From an uncultured Verrucomicrobiae bacterium (GTDB lineage: Bacteria; Verrucomicrobiota; Verrucomicrobiia; Limisphaerales; Palsa-1400): a stretch of DNA of 64,000 nucleotides. The stretch is from the NCBI GenBank assembly GCA_963702845.1, contig OY969763.1, positions 4,320,001 through 4,384,000 on the forward strand, read 5' to 3'. Below the pieces are notes generated by a model. The model saw nothing but the letters and a program-made list of their open reading frames with translations. It did no database searches and had not been told where the DNA came from. A program made the position numbers and the translations under genes. Positions 8,990 through 20,614 of this stretch are shown here, one piece after another (the first letter of the stretch is position 1; the number at the start of each line of letters is the position of its first letter).

Positions 8990-10567
8990 ATGACGAACGA
9001 GGAAGTTCATAAAAACCTTTGGCGCAATTCGATTTCCAATTACGTGACAATGGCGTTTGAAGATCGTGTTCGGTTTGCTGATGTTCCGCATGCTGTTTCA
9101 GAATCTGAGCAAGGAAGAGTTCGGATTCTGGTCGTTGCTTTGGAGTGTTTTTGGATACGGAATTCTGCTGGATTTCGGTTTTGGTTTCACGGCTGAAAAA
9201 CGCGTAGCGGAATTTTCTGTGCACCAAGAATGGGAGAAACTCAGTCGTGTATTGAGCACAATTCTCTACACGTATGTGATGCTGGGTGCGGTCATTATTA
9301 TAGGCGTTCTTTGTTTTTCGGATCCGCTGGTGCGCGCGTTCCACATCACTGGCCAGAACCACGACACTTTTCGCGCCATGCTGATTATTTTCTTCATTGG
9401 CATGGGTATCACGTTTCCCTTGGGTATTTTTCCAGAAATTCTCATCGGCCAACAACGAATCGCACTCGTGAATGTCATTTTCGCCTGCTCGATAATCACG
9501 AACTATCTAGGTCTGCTTGCTGCCGTTCACTTTCACCTCGGCATGAAGACGATGTTGATGGTCGGTTTAACGTGCAGCGTTGGGCCTGCGGCAGCCTGCG
9601 GCGATTTTTGCTCTGCACCGCCTGCCACAAGTGAAGATTCGTCCAAAATATTTTTCGATTGGCATGATTCGCGAGACCACGCAGTTCTCGCTTTTCGCCT
9701 ACGTCATCACCGTCAGCAACATGCTCTTGGCAAAGAGCGATCAGCTCGTCATCGGCACTGCGCTAACGGTTTCGGCGATCGCCATATATCAGGCCGGAGC
9801 GAAAATCGCGGAAATGTTCGGCGTGTTCGCGCAACAACTGCCGAGCGTTTTCTCCCCGGTCGCCGCGCACATGCATGCCAAAGGTGATAAAGATTTTCTC
9901 CGCTCACTGCTGATCAATGGAACACGCGTCGCAGTCATGATCGCCACGCCGGCTTATTTGTATTTGCGCGTTTTACATGGAAGGCCTTGTTGCGCGTGCT
10001 GACCGGCTCCAAGACAGTGAATGTCGAAACCTTTTGGATCGGCCAAGTGCTGTTGCTTGTGGTGCTACATGTCGGTGGTTACGCAAAGCGTGACGCGACG
10101 GATTTTCGTGATGTGCGGACACGAGCGACGACTGATGTGGGTCACAGTTGCTGAAGCGGCGTTCAACCTTGGCGCTCAGCATCGGTCTGGTTCTCTACTA
10201 CAAAAACGTTTTCTGCGTTGCGCTCGGTTCGTTGATGTCCGGATTCATCATCGGTTGGTGCGTGCTGTGGCCGTGGGGCGCGCGCGAGGCGAAGATGACC
10301 GGCTGGCAATTCGCCAAAACCGTTCTTATTCCCATCTGGTTCGCGTGCTGCCGCTGCTCGCATTTCTATTCATGGGCCGTTATTTCGCATGGCTCGATTT
10401 CCGCAGCAGCATGTTGCGCTTTTTCACGGATATCGCCGATTGCCGGCCTTGTCGCCGCGTTTGGACTTTGGAAATACGCACTGAGCCAGCCGGAACGTGA
10501 GCTCGTTCTGATGCGGCTCGGCAAAGTGTTTGGAAGAGCATTCGTGATTAGAACTCCTGCGTTATGA
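8990..10567 (+). CDS. Wzx/MATE-like oligosaccharide flippase, split by several frameshifts
   Basis: LSKEEFGFWSL, LDFGFG, KSDQLVIG..L...AIAIYQAG motifs spread over consecutive ORF fragments (8990, 9057, 9580, 10021, 10148). Confidence 0.8.
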
Positions 10568-11455
10568 CAGACCAGAAAGTCAGCATCATACTGCGTTCAT
10601 ACAACGAAGGCTGGGCACTGAAGGAAACTCTGCCCGCGCTAGCCGCACAAAATTATAGCAATTGGGAATTGATCGTTGTCGATTCTGGTTCAACCGACGG
10701 TTCGGTCGACATGATTCGCAAAGCCAATCCGGCGCACTTCGAACAAATCGCCGCACGCGATTACAATCCCAGCCGCGTGATGAATCGCGGCATGACTTTA
10801 TCGCAGTCGAACTATTGCCTGTTCCTCAACGCCGATGCCACGCCGCAAGGGCCGAACTGGATACGCGAGCTTTCCAAAGCGCTGCACGATCCGAAAGTGG
10901 CGGCGTGTTTCGGCCGACAAATTCCGCGTCCGGGTTGCCAAGCCGTTTTCGCATGTGATTACGACCGGTGCTTCGGACCGAACCGCGCGTCAAAAAATTG
11001 GCGACATTTTTTCAGCATGGTTAGCAGCGGGGTGCGGAAAGACATTTGGGAAAAGCGCGGTTTCCTGGAAAAACTCCAATACGCCGAAGATCACGAATAT
11101 ACGTGGTGGGCAAAGAGCCATGGCTACAAGGTCGTCTATGTAGCAGGACGCGGTGGTGATGCATTCGCACAACTACACGCCTGAGCAGACTTACAAACGC
11201 AGCTTCGGTGACGCACGCGCACTGGCTGCTTCATGGGATAAAAGCCCGCTCCGTTTCAATCCGGTGCAAACTATTCTTGGTTGGGCGAACGATACGCGGC
11301 GCGATTTTGCGTTTTGTTTGAAAACCAATCGGCTGGCCGAGTTACCGCATGCTGCCAAAATTCGCTGGCAACAGCGTCGAGGCATTCTGGACGGTTTCAA
11401 GGAAGGCTGGCGCCATTATCGGATTCTGCAAAATGAAAATCCTGGTCATAAATAA
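10564..11455 (+). CDS. Glycosyltransferase family 2, one frameshift near 11148
   Basis: VSIILRSYNE, IVVDSGSTDGS, FLNADA, YAEDHEY, then VMHSHNYT in the next frame. Confidence 0.85.
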
Positions 11456-12671
11456 TCTTTACCCGCCGCATTACGTTGGGGGCTACGAATTGCATTGCGA
11501 GCAAGTCACCGAAGGCTTACGCGCGCGAGGCCATGAAATCCAGGTGCTGACATCCGACTACACGAGCAACCGACCGGAGGCGCCGCAACCGCACGTGCAC
11601 CGCGCGCTGCGTATTCACGGCATGTTCGGAAATCCGTGGTTGCCGATTCATAAATTGGAACACCTGGAGAAACACAATAACCAACAGCTTCGGGTGTTGT
11701 TGAGATCGTTTAAGCCAGACCTGGTGTATGGCTGGAATTTTAGCGGCATGTCCAAATCGATGCTGTTCACGCTTCAGAATGTGGGCGTGCCGACGGTGTT
11801 TGCGATTTGCGACCACTGGCTGGCGCGTAGTCCAGAAAGTGACGTGTGGTTGCGTTGGTGGAATCGCAACTCGCAATCGACCAAAAATCGCGTTTTGCGC
11901 GCGGTCTGGACGGCGATCGGACACCGCCGACGAATTCAATCTATCGCGCCGACGAACCCTGTAGAACAGTTGCGATTTCCGCGATTGTATTTTTGCAGCA
12001 GCTCACTTCGCGATTTCACCGTCGCGGCGGGCGCCGACGTGAAACATGGCGCGGTTATCTATTGCCCGATTAATACGTCGCGATTTCAAAGTGCGCCGAA
12101 GTCTGCCGAAGCGCCGGTCCGTCGCCTTCTTTATGTCGGGCGGTTGCACGAGGACAAAGGCGTGATGACGGCGTTGCGCGCAATGTATGAGGTAAAACAA
12201 CAATTTGACGGCGCACTCAGCGTCTACGGCAGCGGCAGTCCTGATTACGAACGCAAGCTGCACGAGTTCGTTCGTCACCATGATTTGCCAGTGCAGTTTT
12301 TCAGCGCGCTGCCGCCATCAGCAATGCCGGCGGTGTATGCCGCGCATGACGCACTGCTTTTCACGTCGGAATGGCCGGAGCCATTCGCGTTGACGCCTCT
12401 CGAAGCGATGGCGAGCGGTTTGCCGGTGATTGGCACGACGACCGGCGGCAGCATCGAATTATTCCGCGACCATAAAAATTGTCTCACGTACAAAGCCGGC
12501 GATTTCGAGGATCTCGCCGAACGGATTTTGGAATTGGCTGGTGATCGTTCGATGCGCGTGAAACTCGCGACGCTCGGCCAGCAGGAAGTGCGCGCGCGTT
12601 ACGCCGAGCAGGTCATCATCGACCAGGTCGAACAATATATTAAACAGACGCTGCAAAAATCCCATGCTTGA
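11433..12671 (+). CDS. Glycosyltransferase family 4
   Basis: MKILVINNLYPPHYVGGYE, YVGRLHEDKG, EPFALTPLEAMASGLPVI. Confidence 0.92.
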   Translation: MKILVINNLYPPHYVGGYELHCEQVTEGLRARGHEIQVLTSDYTSNRPEAPQPHVHRALRIHGMFGNPWLPIHKLEHLEKHNNQQLRVLLRSFKPDLVYGWNFSGMSKSMLFTLQNVGVPTVFAICDHWLARSPESDVWLRWWNRNSQSTKNRVLRAVWTAIGHRRRIQSIAPTNPVEQLRFPRLYFCSSSLRDFTVAAGADVKHGAVIYCPINTSRFQSAPKSAEAPVRRLLYVGRLHEDKGVMTALRAMYEVKQQFDGALSVYGSGSPDYERKLHEFVRHHDLPVQFFSALPPSAMPAVYAAHDALLFTSEWPEPFALTPLEAMASGLPVIGTTTGGSIELFRDHKNCLTYKAGDFEDLAERILELAGDRSMRVKLATLGQQEVRARYAEQVIIDQVEQYIKQTLQKSHA

Positions 12672-13818
12672 GACAACGCGATTTACTTTAGACGGCAGCG
12701 ACGAGCTCGAAACGCATCTGGCACACTGTTGCGATCGGGTGCTGGCCGGCGTCTGTTCGGTTATCCCGACTTCTCGTCTCGAAGGTGTTCTCCTTGGCGG
12801 CGGTTACGGTCGCGGTGAAGGCGGGGTTTTGGAAACGGCCGACGGCGATCGTCCTTACAATGATCTCGAATTTTACGTGTTGATGCGCGGCTCAAGCTGG
12901 CTCAACGAACGAAAGTTCCGCCCTGCCCTTCACCATCTCGCCGAGAAGCTCATTCCTGAAGCCAGCATCGAGGTGGAATTCAAGATTATCTCGGTCCAAA
13001 AACTCGAGAGCAGCCGGATCACGATGCATTACTATGATCTGATCGCAGGCCATCGCCGGTTATGGGGCGGAAAAGATTTGTTGCGACGTTGTCGTCATCA
13101 TCGCGCGGCAAACACGTTGCCGTTGTCAGAAGCGACTCGCCTGCTGATGAATCGCTCGTCTGGTTTGCTGTTTTCTAATTCGTTGCTGGAACGGGAGAAT
13201 TTCAGTTCGGCTGATGCGGATTTTGTCGGGCGCAACCAGGCGAAAGCGCAGTTGGCATTTGGCGATGTGTTTTTAACGGCGCACGGCCTGTATCATGCCA
13301 GTTGCCGTGAACGGAACCGTCGATTGCGTGCGTTCACGCCGACTCAAAACATCCCGTGGTTCGAAAAAGTCCGGCGTTATCATAATTATGGAGTCGATTT
13401 CAAACTGCACCCGCGCACGACGACACCCGACCGCGACGCGTTGATGGCGTGCCAACACGAACTGGTTTCGATGGCTCTGCAATTGTGGCTTTGGTTGGAA
13501 GCGCGTCGATTACGTCAGCGATTCTCGTCGGCAGTGGAATACGCGCTTTGTCCAATTAACAAATGCCCTGAGACAACGTTTGCCCGCAACGCGCTAGTGA
13601 ACGCCACGACATTCGGCGCGCCGGCATTGTGGCAGGAGAAAAGGTTTCGCTATCCACGCGAGCGTTTGTTCAACGCATTATCACTGCTGCTTTGGGAACC
13701 GACCACGATGCGCGAACCTCAATTGCTCCATGATGTCCAGACTGCGTTGGTGACGCACGCGAAGGATTTCGGGCAGATCATCGGCGCTTACCAGGCGCTG
13801 TGGCAGCGATTCAGTTAA
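12664..13818 (+). CDS. Pol-beta superfamily nucleotidyltransferase-like protein of unknown function
   Basis: LLGGGYGRGEGG followed by YNDLEF (hG[GS]...DxD/E pattern), then a helical C-terminal region. Confidence 0.65.
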   Translation: MLETTRFTLDGSDELETHLAHCCDRVLAGVCSVIPTSRLEGVLLGGGYGRGEGGVLETADGDRPYNDLEFYVLMRGSSWLNERKFRPALHHLAEKLIPEASIEVEFKIISVQKLESSRITMHYYDLIAGHRRLWGGKDLLRRCRHHRAANTLPLSEATRLLMNRSSGLLFSNSLLERENFSSADADFVGRNQAKAQLAFGDVFLTAHGLYHASCRERNRRLRAFTPTQNIPWFEKVRRYHNYGVDFKLHPRTTTPDRDALMACQHELVSMALQLWLWLEARRLRQRFSSAVEYALCPINKCPETTFARNALVNATTFGAPALWQEKRFRYPRERLFNALSLLLWEPTTMREPQLLHDVQTALVTHAKDFGQIIGAYQALWQRFS

Positions 13819-13819
13819 C

Positions 13820-15022
13820 GTGAAGATACTCGTCGTCTATCCTTACATTCCGTATCCGCTGGACCGCGGCACGTATCAGCGCACGTTTAACCTGTTGCGC
13901 GAACTGGGGCGCGCGCACGCCATCACGCTTGTCGCGCTGGCTGAGAACGGCCAAGGGCTCGAGCACAAGCCGCTCTTTGAACAATTCTGCGAACGTGTTG
14001 AGTTCGTTCCGTTCGTTCATCCGCCGTGGCCGAAATTTTTTCCGGACCGCCTGCTCAATTCAGTCCCGGTTAGTATTCAACATTGGAAATCCGACGCGCT
14101 CGATCGAAAGATTGATGAACTCCTGGCCGAGCAGAAATTTGACGTCATTCACGCGTGCGATCTGGTGATGGGCCATTATTTCTTGAAAGGGGCTCGCGCG
14201 AAATTGCGATTGGTTGTCGATCGCAGCCGGGTCGATCTGCAATATCAATTAGCCGAACATTCGCACATGAAATTCCCGCTGCGCACGCGACTGATGCGTT
14301 ACGAAGGCTACGCGAAGATGTGGCGCTACGAACGCAAAATGGCGAAACGCGCGAAGCTGGAAATCGTTTGCGGCCCCGACGACGAGATTTTTTTGCGCAA
14401 ATGGGTCAACCAACGGATGGGCATTCAAGTGCTCGTCAACGGCGTAGACCTGGACTTTTTCTGCACCGACGAAGACGAAGTGTCGTGGGCTACAGAGCCA
14501 ACTATAATCTTCTGCGGTGCGATGGATTATAATCCGAACATTGATGCGTTGCGCTGGTATTTCAGCGAAATGCATGAATCGTTGCGTCGTCGAATTCCAG
14601 ACCTGCGCGTTCTGGTCGTGGGCAAAGATCCGGTCCCGGAGGTAAAAGCCTACAGCAGCAAGCCCAACGTGACCGTCACCGGCAGTGTGCGCGACGTGCG
14701 CCCATATTATCGGCGAGCGTGGATGCAAATCGTTCCACTCCGAATCGGCGGCGGGACGCGGCTCAAGATTGTTGAGTCACTGGCGATTCGAACACCTGTC
14801 ATCTCCACCACCGTTGGTGCGCAAGGTCTCGGCCTTCAACACGACCGCGACATTTTACTCGCCGATACCGCCGAAGATTTTGTTAGCCAAACGGCTCGCG
14901 CATTGCAGGACGCGAAGTTGCGCAAGCATCTGGAACTCGCCGGCCTGCAAACGGCGCGTGCGAATTTTTCGTGGAAGATGATTGGCGCGCAACTCGCAAA
15001 CATGTATTCGAACCTCCTCTAG
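13820..15022 (+). CDS. Glycosyltransferase family 4
   Basis: IPYPLDRG, FCGAMDYNPN, PLRIGGGTRLKIVESLA. Confidence 0.9.
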   Translation: MKILVVYPYIPYPLDRGTYQRTFNLLRELGRAHAITLVALAENGQGLEHKPLFEQFCERVEFVPFVHPPWPKFFPDRLLNSVPVSIQHWKSDALDRKIDELLAEQKFDVIHACDLVMGHYFLKGARAKLRLVVDRSRVDLQYQLAEHSHMKFPLRTRLMRYEGYAKMWRYERKMAKRAKLEIVCGPDDEIFLRKWVNQRMGIQVLVNGVDLDFFCTDEDEVSWATEPTIIFCGAMDYNPNIDALRWYFSEMHESLRRRIPDLRVLVVGKDPVPEVKAYSSKPNVTVTGSVRDVRPYYRRAWMQIVPLRIGGGTRLKIVESLAIRTPVISTTVGAQGLGLQHDRDILLADTAEDFVSQTARALQDAKLRKHLELAGLQTARANFSWKMIGAQLANMYSNLL

Positions 15023-15055
15023 TGGCTCTTGCCACCTCGGCTTAATTGTCCCAAC

Positions 15056-15550
15056 ATGGCGGAGATGGATTTCGGTCGCAAAATTCTTTCTGACGCAACT
15101 CTGCCTTCGTGGCGCGAAGGATTGCGAAAGGCCGGCAAAAAGCTAGTTGTGACGAATGGTTGTTTCGACATTTTGCATTTGGGCCACGTCACATACCTGC
15201 AGCACGCGAAAGATCAGGGCGATGCCTTGCTCGTCGGTGTGACCGGTGATGCCAACGTGCAAAAGCTTAAAGGTCCGAACCGCCCTATTAATAATGAGCA
15301 AGATCGCGCCGCGGTGTTGGCTGCCTTGGAATCTGTCGACGGCGTTCTCATTTTTCCCGAACTGGACGCGCGCAACTTTCTACAAAAGGTCCAGCCCGAT
15401 ATTTATGTCAAAGGCGGCGACTACACCATCGACACCATCAACCAGGACGAACGCCGGTTGCTGGAGAAATCAGGTGTGAAGATTGTTATCCTGCCAGTAG
15501 TGCCCGGAAAATCGACGACGGCGATTCTGGAAAAAATTTCAAAGCTCTAG
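15056..15550 (+). CDS. rfaE2: RfaE domain II / HldC-like heptose-1-phosphate adenylyltransferase
   Basis: TNGCFDILHLGH, LKGPNRP, PDIYVKGGDY, GKSTT. Confidence 0.88.
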   Translation: MAEMDFGRKILSDATLPSWREGLRKAGKKLVVTNGCFDILHLGHVTYLQHAKDQGDALLVGVTGDANVQKLKGPNRPINNEQDRAAVLAALESVDGVLIFPELDARNFLQKVQPDIYVKGGDYTIDTINQDERRLLEKSGVKIVILPVVPGKSTTAILEKISKL

Positions 15551-15708
15551 TGCGTTAGCGGCGGTGCGTTTCGATTCAGCTTGAACAGGAGTCGCTTGCG
15601 CGCTCGTTTGGGCCTCCCGCGAATTCGAAGTCAACGGGGTGGTTCTTGCGCTGCACACCGTGAAAATTCGTTTGGTTTCGACCCGCAAATTGACGATTAT
15701 ATGTTCCA

Positions 15709-17130
15709 GTGGAGTTTCGGACTAAATTTTACAAACCCATGTTGTTGGCGCTGGCTGCGCTCCTGTTCGCAGGCGTGTTCCAGATTCAAAAAGCCATCAA
15801 CTCAGATCGTGAACGCCTTGGATTGACCAAAGTCGCGCCGCTCGAAAACGCGCCGCCCGTGCTTGCCTTTACCACCGTGGCTCTCGGCGGTTTTCGCGGC
15901 CTGATCGCAAACGCGCTCTGGATCCGCCTCAACGATTTGCAAGAGGACGAAAAATTCTTCGAAATGGTCCAACTCTCGGATTGGATTACCAAGCTCGAAC
16001 CGCACTTCGTTCAGGTCTGGATTATGCAGGGCTGGAACATGGCATATAATATCTCCGTTAAATTCAAACACCCCGAAGATCGCTGGCGCTGGGTGGAACG
16101 CGGCATCGCCATGCTTCGCGACGAAGGCCTGAAATATAATCCTGACGAAACACTGATCTATCGTGAACTCTCGTGGTTTTATCAGCACAAAATGGGTCAG
16201 AACCTGGACGACGCCCATCGTCTTTACAAAATCCGCTGGGCCGAGGAAATGCAACAGGTCCTGGGCGATAAGCCAAACTTCGCTGAACTAGCGAACCCAA
16301 CCACCGACGACACTCGTCGCCGCGCCAAAATTCTGCGAGAAAAATACAAACTCGACCCGGCCATCATGGAATATATCGATAAAGAGTACGGTCCGCTCGA
16401 ATGGCGCTTGCCCGACGCGCACGCGATTTATTGGGCCGAACTCGGCCGACGCAAAGCCAAGCCCAGCGATCAGGAAACCCTGCGCCGCTCGATTTATCAA
16501 ACCATGCAGCAGGCGTGCATCCGCGGTGCATTACCCAAATCGCCTACCGGTGAATTTATACTCGGGCCGAATCTCGATCTGGTTCCAAAGGTCAACGCCG
16601 CGTATGAGCGTATGATCGTCGAAGAACCCGCGATCAAAGACAATATGCGCACAGCGCACAGGAATTTCCTCCGAACCGCCATTTACCTACTCTATGCCGA
16701 TGGTCGTGAAAAGCAGGCGCAATATTGGTTCGACTACATGAAAAAGCAGTATCCGAACGCCGTGCCGCCCACAGTTGACCTTGCGGATTTCGCGCTGGCG
16801 GACATCACCGAGGAAGCCACGGACACAGACGTGAACAAAGTGACGGTAATTGTTGAAGGGCTGCTGCGTCAGAGCTTCATGCGCTTGATGAATGACGAAG
16901 ATGACAGCGCACAAAACCTGGAGCGACTGGCCAAAAGACTTTACGATCGTCATCAGGCCAAAACACCCGGAACAAAAGACCGCATCACGCTGCCGTCGTT
17001 CGCGAGCATGAAGAAAATTGTCTTGGACGAACTGCTGCAATTTCCCCAATACTCCCCGATCCTGCGGACGAAGCTGAACCTCCCCGCAGCATCAACTACG
17101 AACGCGCCCGCTGCGGTGCCCCGTCCTTAG
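15709..17130 (+). CDS. Hypothetical helical-repeat protein with N-terminal membrane anchor
   Basis: 473-aa ORF; hydrophobic N-terminus; LGGFRG..AN.LW and WNMAYNISV blocks. Function not recognised. Confidence 0.7.
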   Translation: MEFRTKFYKPMLLALAALLFAGVFQIQKAINSDRERLGLTKVAPLENAPPVLAFTTVALGGFRGLIANALWIRLNDLQEDEKFFEMVQLSDWITKLEPHFVQVWIMQGWNMAYNISVKFKHPEDRWRWVERGIAMLRDEGLKYNPDETLIYRELSWFYQHKMGQNLDDAHRLYKIRWAEEMQQVLGDKPNFAELANPTTDDTRRRAKILREKYKLDPAIMEYIDKEYGPLEWRLPDAHAIYWAELGRRKAKPSDQETLRRSIYQTMQQACIRGALPKSPTGEFILGPNLDLVPKVNAAYERMIVEEPAIKDNMRTAHRNFLRTAIYLLYADGREKQAQYWFDYMKKQYPNAVPPTVDLADFALADITEEATDTDVNKVTVIVEGLLRQSFMRLMNDEDDSAQNLERLAKRLYDRHQAKTPGTKDRITLPSFASMKKIVLDELLQFPQYSPILRTKLNLPAASTTNAPAAVPRP

Positions 17131-17239
17131 CTCAGGGATTCCCGTAATTCCTGCTCGCAAATAGCCTTAAAAGTTTTTGCGAAATTTTGCTTCTCAATTA
17201 CAGTTGGGCGACTGGGAATCAACACAACGGTTGGAAACT

Positions 17240-17703
17240 ATGATTGGCCATCATTTGAACATTTTGCTCGTGGAAGACGAACCCAATGACGTGTTTCTCA
17301 TCGAACGCGCTTTTCGAAAATGCAATTTTCAACATTGGCTCCACGCAGTCAATGACGGCGAGCAAGCGGTCGCTTACTTTAGGCGGCATCCAAAGAATAC
17401 GCAGACCGCCAGCAGTACCCGATTCCGTGCCTGATGTTGCTTGATCTAAAACTTCCGCGCCGTACGGGTCTTGAGGTGCTCGCATGGTTGCGCAGTCGGC
17501 AAGATGGCCTGAAAAGATTGCCTGTGGTAGTCCTCAGTTCGTCCAAGCAGTCATCGGACGTCAACCGCGCGTATGACTTGGGCGCAAACTCTTACCTCGT
17601 CAAACCGGTCGCATTCGATGGCTTGTTGGAATTGGTAAAAGCTTTCAGCGCCTATTGGACTCGGTTCAACGAAAAACCAGACTTAAGCACAATTGCCGTT
17701 TAA
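17240..17703 (+). CDS. Single-domain response regulator (Rcp1-like), frameshifted near 17380-17395
   Basis: ILLVEDEPND, LLDLKLP, VVVLSSS, GANSYLVKP across two frames. Confidence 0.85.
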
Positions 17704-17890
17704 ACGACGGGCTGTCAACTGGTCAGGGCGACCGAGGCTGGCATTGCCCTACTCTCTTTAAGCGCTTCATCTCTATTGCTTTACAGCTTTAGGCAAAGCT
17801 CACCCACGTTAATCCAAGCTGGCCCGCACTTTGCTCTTGTAGTCCGCTTCTTAAGTTGTCAATAACTGCGTCCACAGTAGAAAAACCAAA

Positions 17891-19966
17891 ATGTCGTCGC
17901 CTGTACAATTCAGTCGGGATCAGCTTCTTATGAAGCGATCCCCTGTTTTGTTTCGGCGTAACGCCTTGTACGCTATTCTCGCCGTTTGCTGCGCGATGCT
18001 CGCGGCGAATGCGACAGTTCGCGGCGATGAAACAAATAGCGTCGCCACGGCCAAATCCGATCTTTTCGACAAGCCACTGCAAGAGTTGATGCAGTACATC
18101 ACAATCGCAAAACGCACACCCGAACCGCTCGAAAAAACCGCAGCCGCCGTTTCCCTTTTGACCCAGGAGGACATCCGCCGCTCCGGCGCAACCTGCATTC
18201 CCGAGGCTTTACGTCTGGTTCCCGGACTTGATGTGGCGCGCGTCGACGCCCATACCTGGGCCATCAGCTCTCGCGGGTTCAACGACGTTTACGCAAATAA
18301 GCTTCTGGTCATGATCGATGGTCGGACGGTTTACTCGCCTCTGTTTTCCGGCGTGTTCTGGGATGAGGAAGACACGATCATGGAAGAAATCGATCGTATC
18401 GAAGTCGTGCGCGGCCCTGGCGCGACCTTATGGGGAGCCAACGCTGTCAACGGTGTCATCAATGTCGTGACGAAATCGGCGAAAGACAGCCAAGGTCTGT
18501 TTGTTTCCGGGGGCGGCGGCAGTGAGGAACTGGGATTCGGCAGCGTTCGTTACGGATTCAAACTCGACGACGGCATCTTCATGAAAGTCTACACGAAATA
18601 TTTCGATCGCGGCTCCAGCGTGTTTGAGAACGGTAGCGACGCTTTTGACGCATGGAGCATGTATCGCGGTGGATTCCGCATCGATGTCGATAAAACCAAT
18701 AACAACCTCTTCACGTTCCAGGGCGACGCCTATAGCGGCCAGGAAAACGAAGTTTATATGGTGCCGACCGCCATTCCCCCGGGGTTCGTCGGTAGCGCAA
18801 TATCAATCGACAACGTGGCTGGCGTAGATGTGTTGGGCCGTTGGACCCACGATTTCAGCAAGGATTCCCAATTGATTCTCCAGTCTTACTACGACCACAC
18901 GGTTCGCAATAATCCGGTCCTATCTCAGACGCGCGACACAGGCGACGTGGATTTCCAACACGTTTTTAAAGCCGGTGAACGCAATGAATTTACTTGGGGC
19001 ACCGGTTTTCGGACCACCCATCGCGACGTCAAAAACAGCCTGAACGTGTCACTCATTCCTCCAACCGACACGCACAACCTTTACAGTGCATTTCTTCAGG
19101 ACGAAATCACCATCGTGCCTGATCGGTTGAAAACGATCCTGGGCACAAAATTCGAGCACAACGATTTTACCGGATTTGAAGTTCAACCCAGCATCCGCGC
19201 CGTGTTCACGCCGCATACCGATCACACCGTTTGGGCATCCATCTCGCGCGCCGTCCGCACCCCCTCTGAAGCAGAGACTGATATTCGCCTCAACACCCCG
19301 GTAGTCGGCGTGCCTCCGGGTGCCATTACTACCTTCGGCAATCCGGACATGCTTTCGGAGTCATTGATTGCGTATGAAATCGGTTATCGGTTTCAAGCCA
19401 ATCACCGGTTGAGTGTGGATCTCACCGCGTTCTACAACGATTACTCCCGCTTGCGCAGCCTCGAACCGTTACCTCCGATATCGCCGTTTTTTCCGCCGCA
19501 GGTTCATCCCTCAATCGTGGGCAACGCTTTGACGGCAGAAAGTTATGGCGGTGAACATCAGTCACATTGCAAGCTGTTCAGGACCTGCTGACATTCAAAG
19601 GCGGATATAGCTTTCTCAAGGTAAATGCCCATCGTAATAGCAGCGGCGATCAAACTACAGAATTAATGGACGAAGGCTCCAGCCCGCAAAATCAGTTTTC
19701 CCTGCTCTCGTCCTTCGAACTGCCGTTTCACCTCGAATTCGACACCACTATTCGTTATGTCGATCGCCTGACCGACCCAACCGTCGCCAGTTATGCCGAA
19801 TTGGACGCGCGTTTCGCATGGCATGCCAAAACCAATCTCGAATTCGCGGTCGTTGGCCAAAATCTTTTGCACGAACATCATCGGAGAGTTCGCGCCCACA
19901 TTTATCGCAATTCAGAATACCGAAGTAGAACGAGGAGTTTACGGCAAAGTAACATTCCGTTACTGA
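17891..19966 (+). CDS. TonB-dependent receptor, frameshifts near 19555 and 19885
   Basis: Plug motifs EALRLVPG, LLVMIDGR, IDRIEVVRGPGATLWGANAVNGVIN; corrected C-terminus GQNLL...ERGVYGKVTFRY. Confidence 0.88.
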
Positions 19967-20006
19967 GCCTCGAACCAATTTAAATTGAACAGATTGTTAA
20001 TCAGAC

Positions 20007-20614
20007 TTGAATCCCATTAGGGGGTTCGGGCCCAAAGGCTCGTCAGCGCACACGACGTATCCACGTCGCGGTAGTGCTTTTGTTCGTCGGTGCCTTTCTT
20101 ACAAGCCTTTCACTTCAGGCGCAGGAGGCTGCCGCTGCCAGAGTATGAGATCAAATCCATCTTCCTTTATAATTTCGCCAAATTTATCAAATGGCCTTCT
20201 AGGTCGTTTTGAAACTCCGGCGGCTCCGCTCGTAATAGTGGTATTTATGGCAAAAATCCATTCCACGATTTCGTAAAGGACCTCGAAGAAAATCCGATCG
20301 GAAAACATAAGATCGACATCGAGCAAATATCCTCTGCGTAGCCGCGGCGCGTCATTGCCACGTCCTTTTTATCAGCGAAACTCCCAAACGAGCGTCTAAA
20401 CTTGTCGCCCAATTAAAATATGTGGATGTGTTAACCGTTACGGACGAAATCGAAGATAGCTTTCAATCGGTCGGCGCTGTGATTAATCTGGTTACCGCCG
20501 CAAATAGAACGGTCCATTTCGAGATAAATGTAGACGCCGCGCGACGAGCTGAGCTCAAAATAAATTCGTCATTGCTGAATCTCGCAAAGATCGTTCGCGA
20601 TGGAAAGTTCTTAA
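20007..20614 (+). CDS. YfiR/HmsC-family periplasmic protein, frameshifted; limits approximate
   Basis: EYEIKSIFLYNFAKFIKWP, GKNPF, CHVLFIS, FEINVDAARRAELKINSSLLNLA recovered across frames. Confidence 0.8.
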
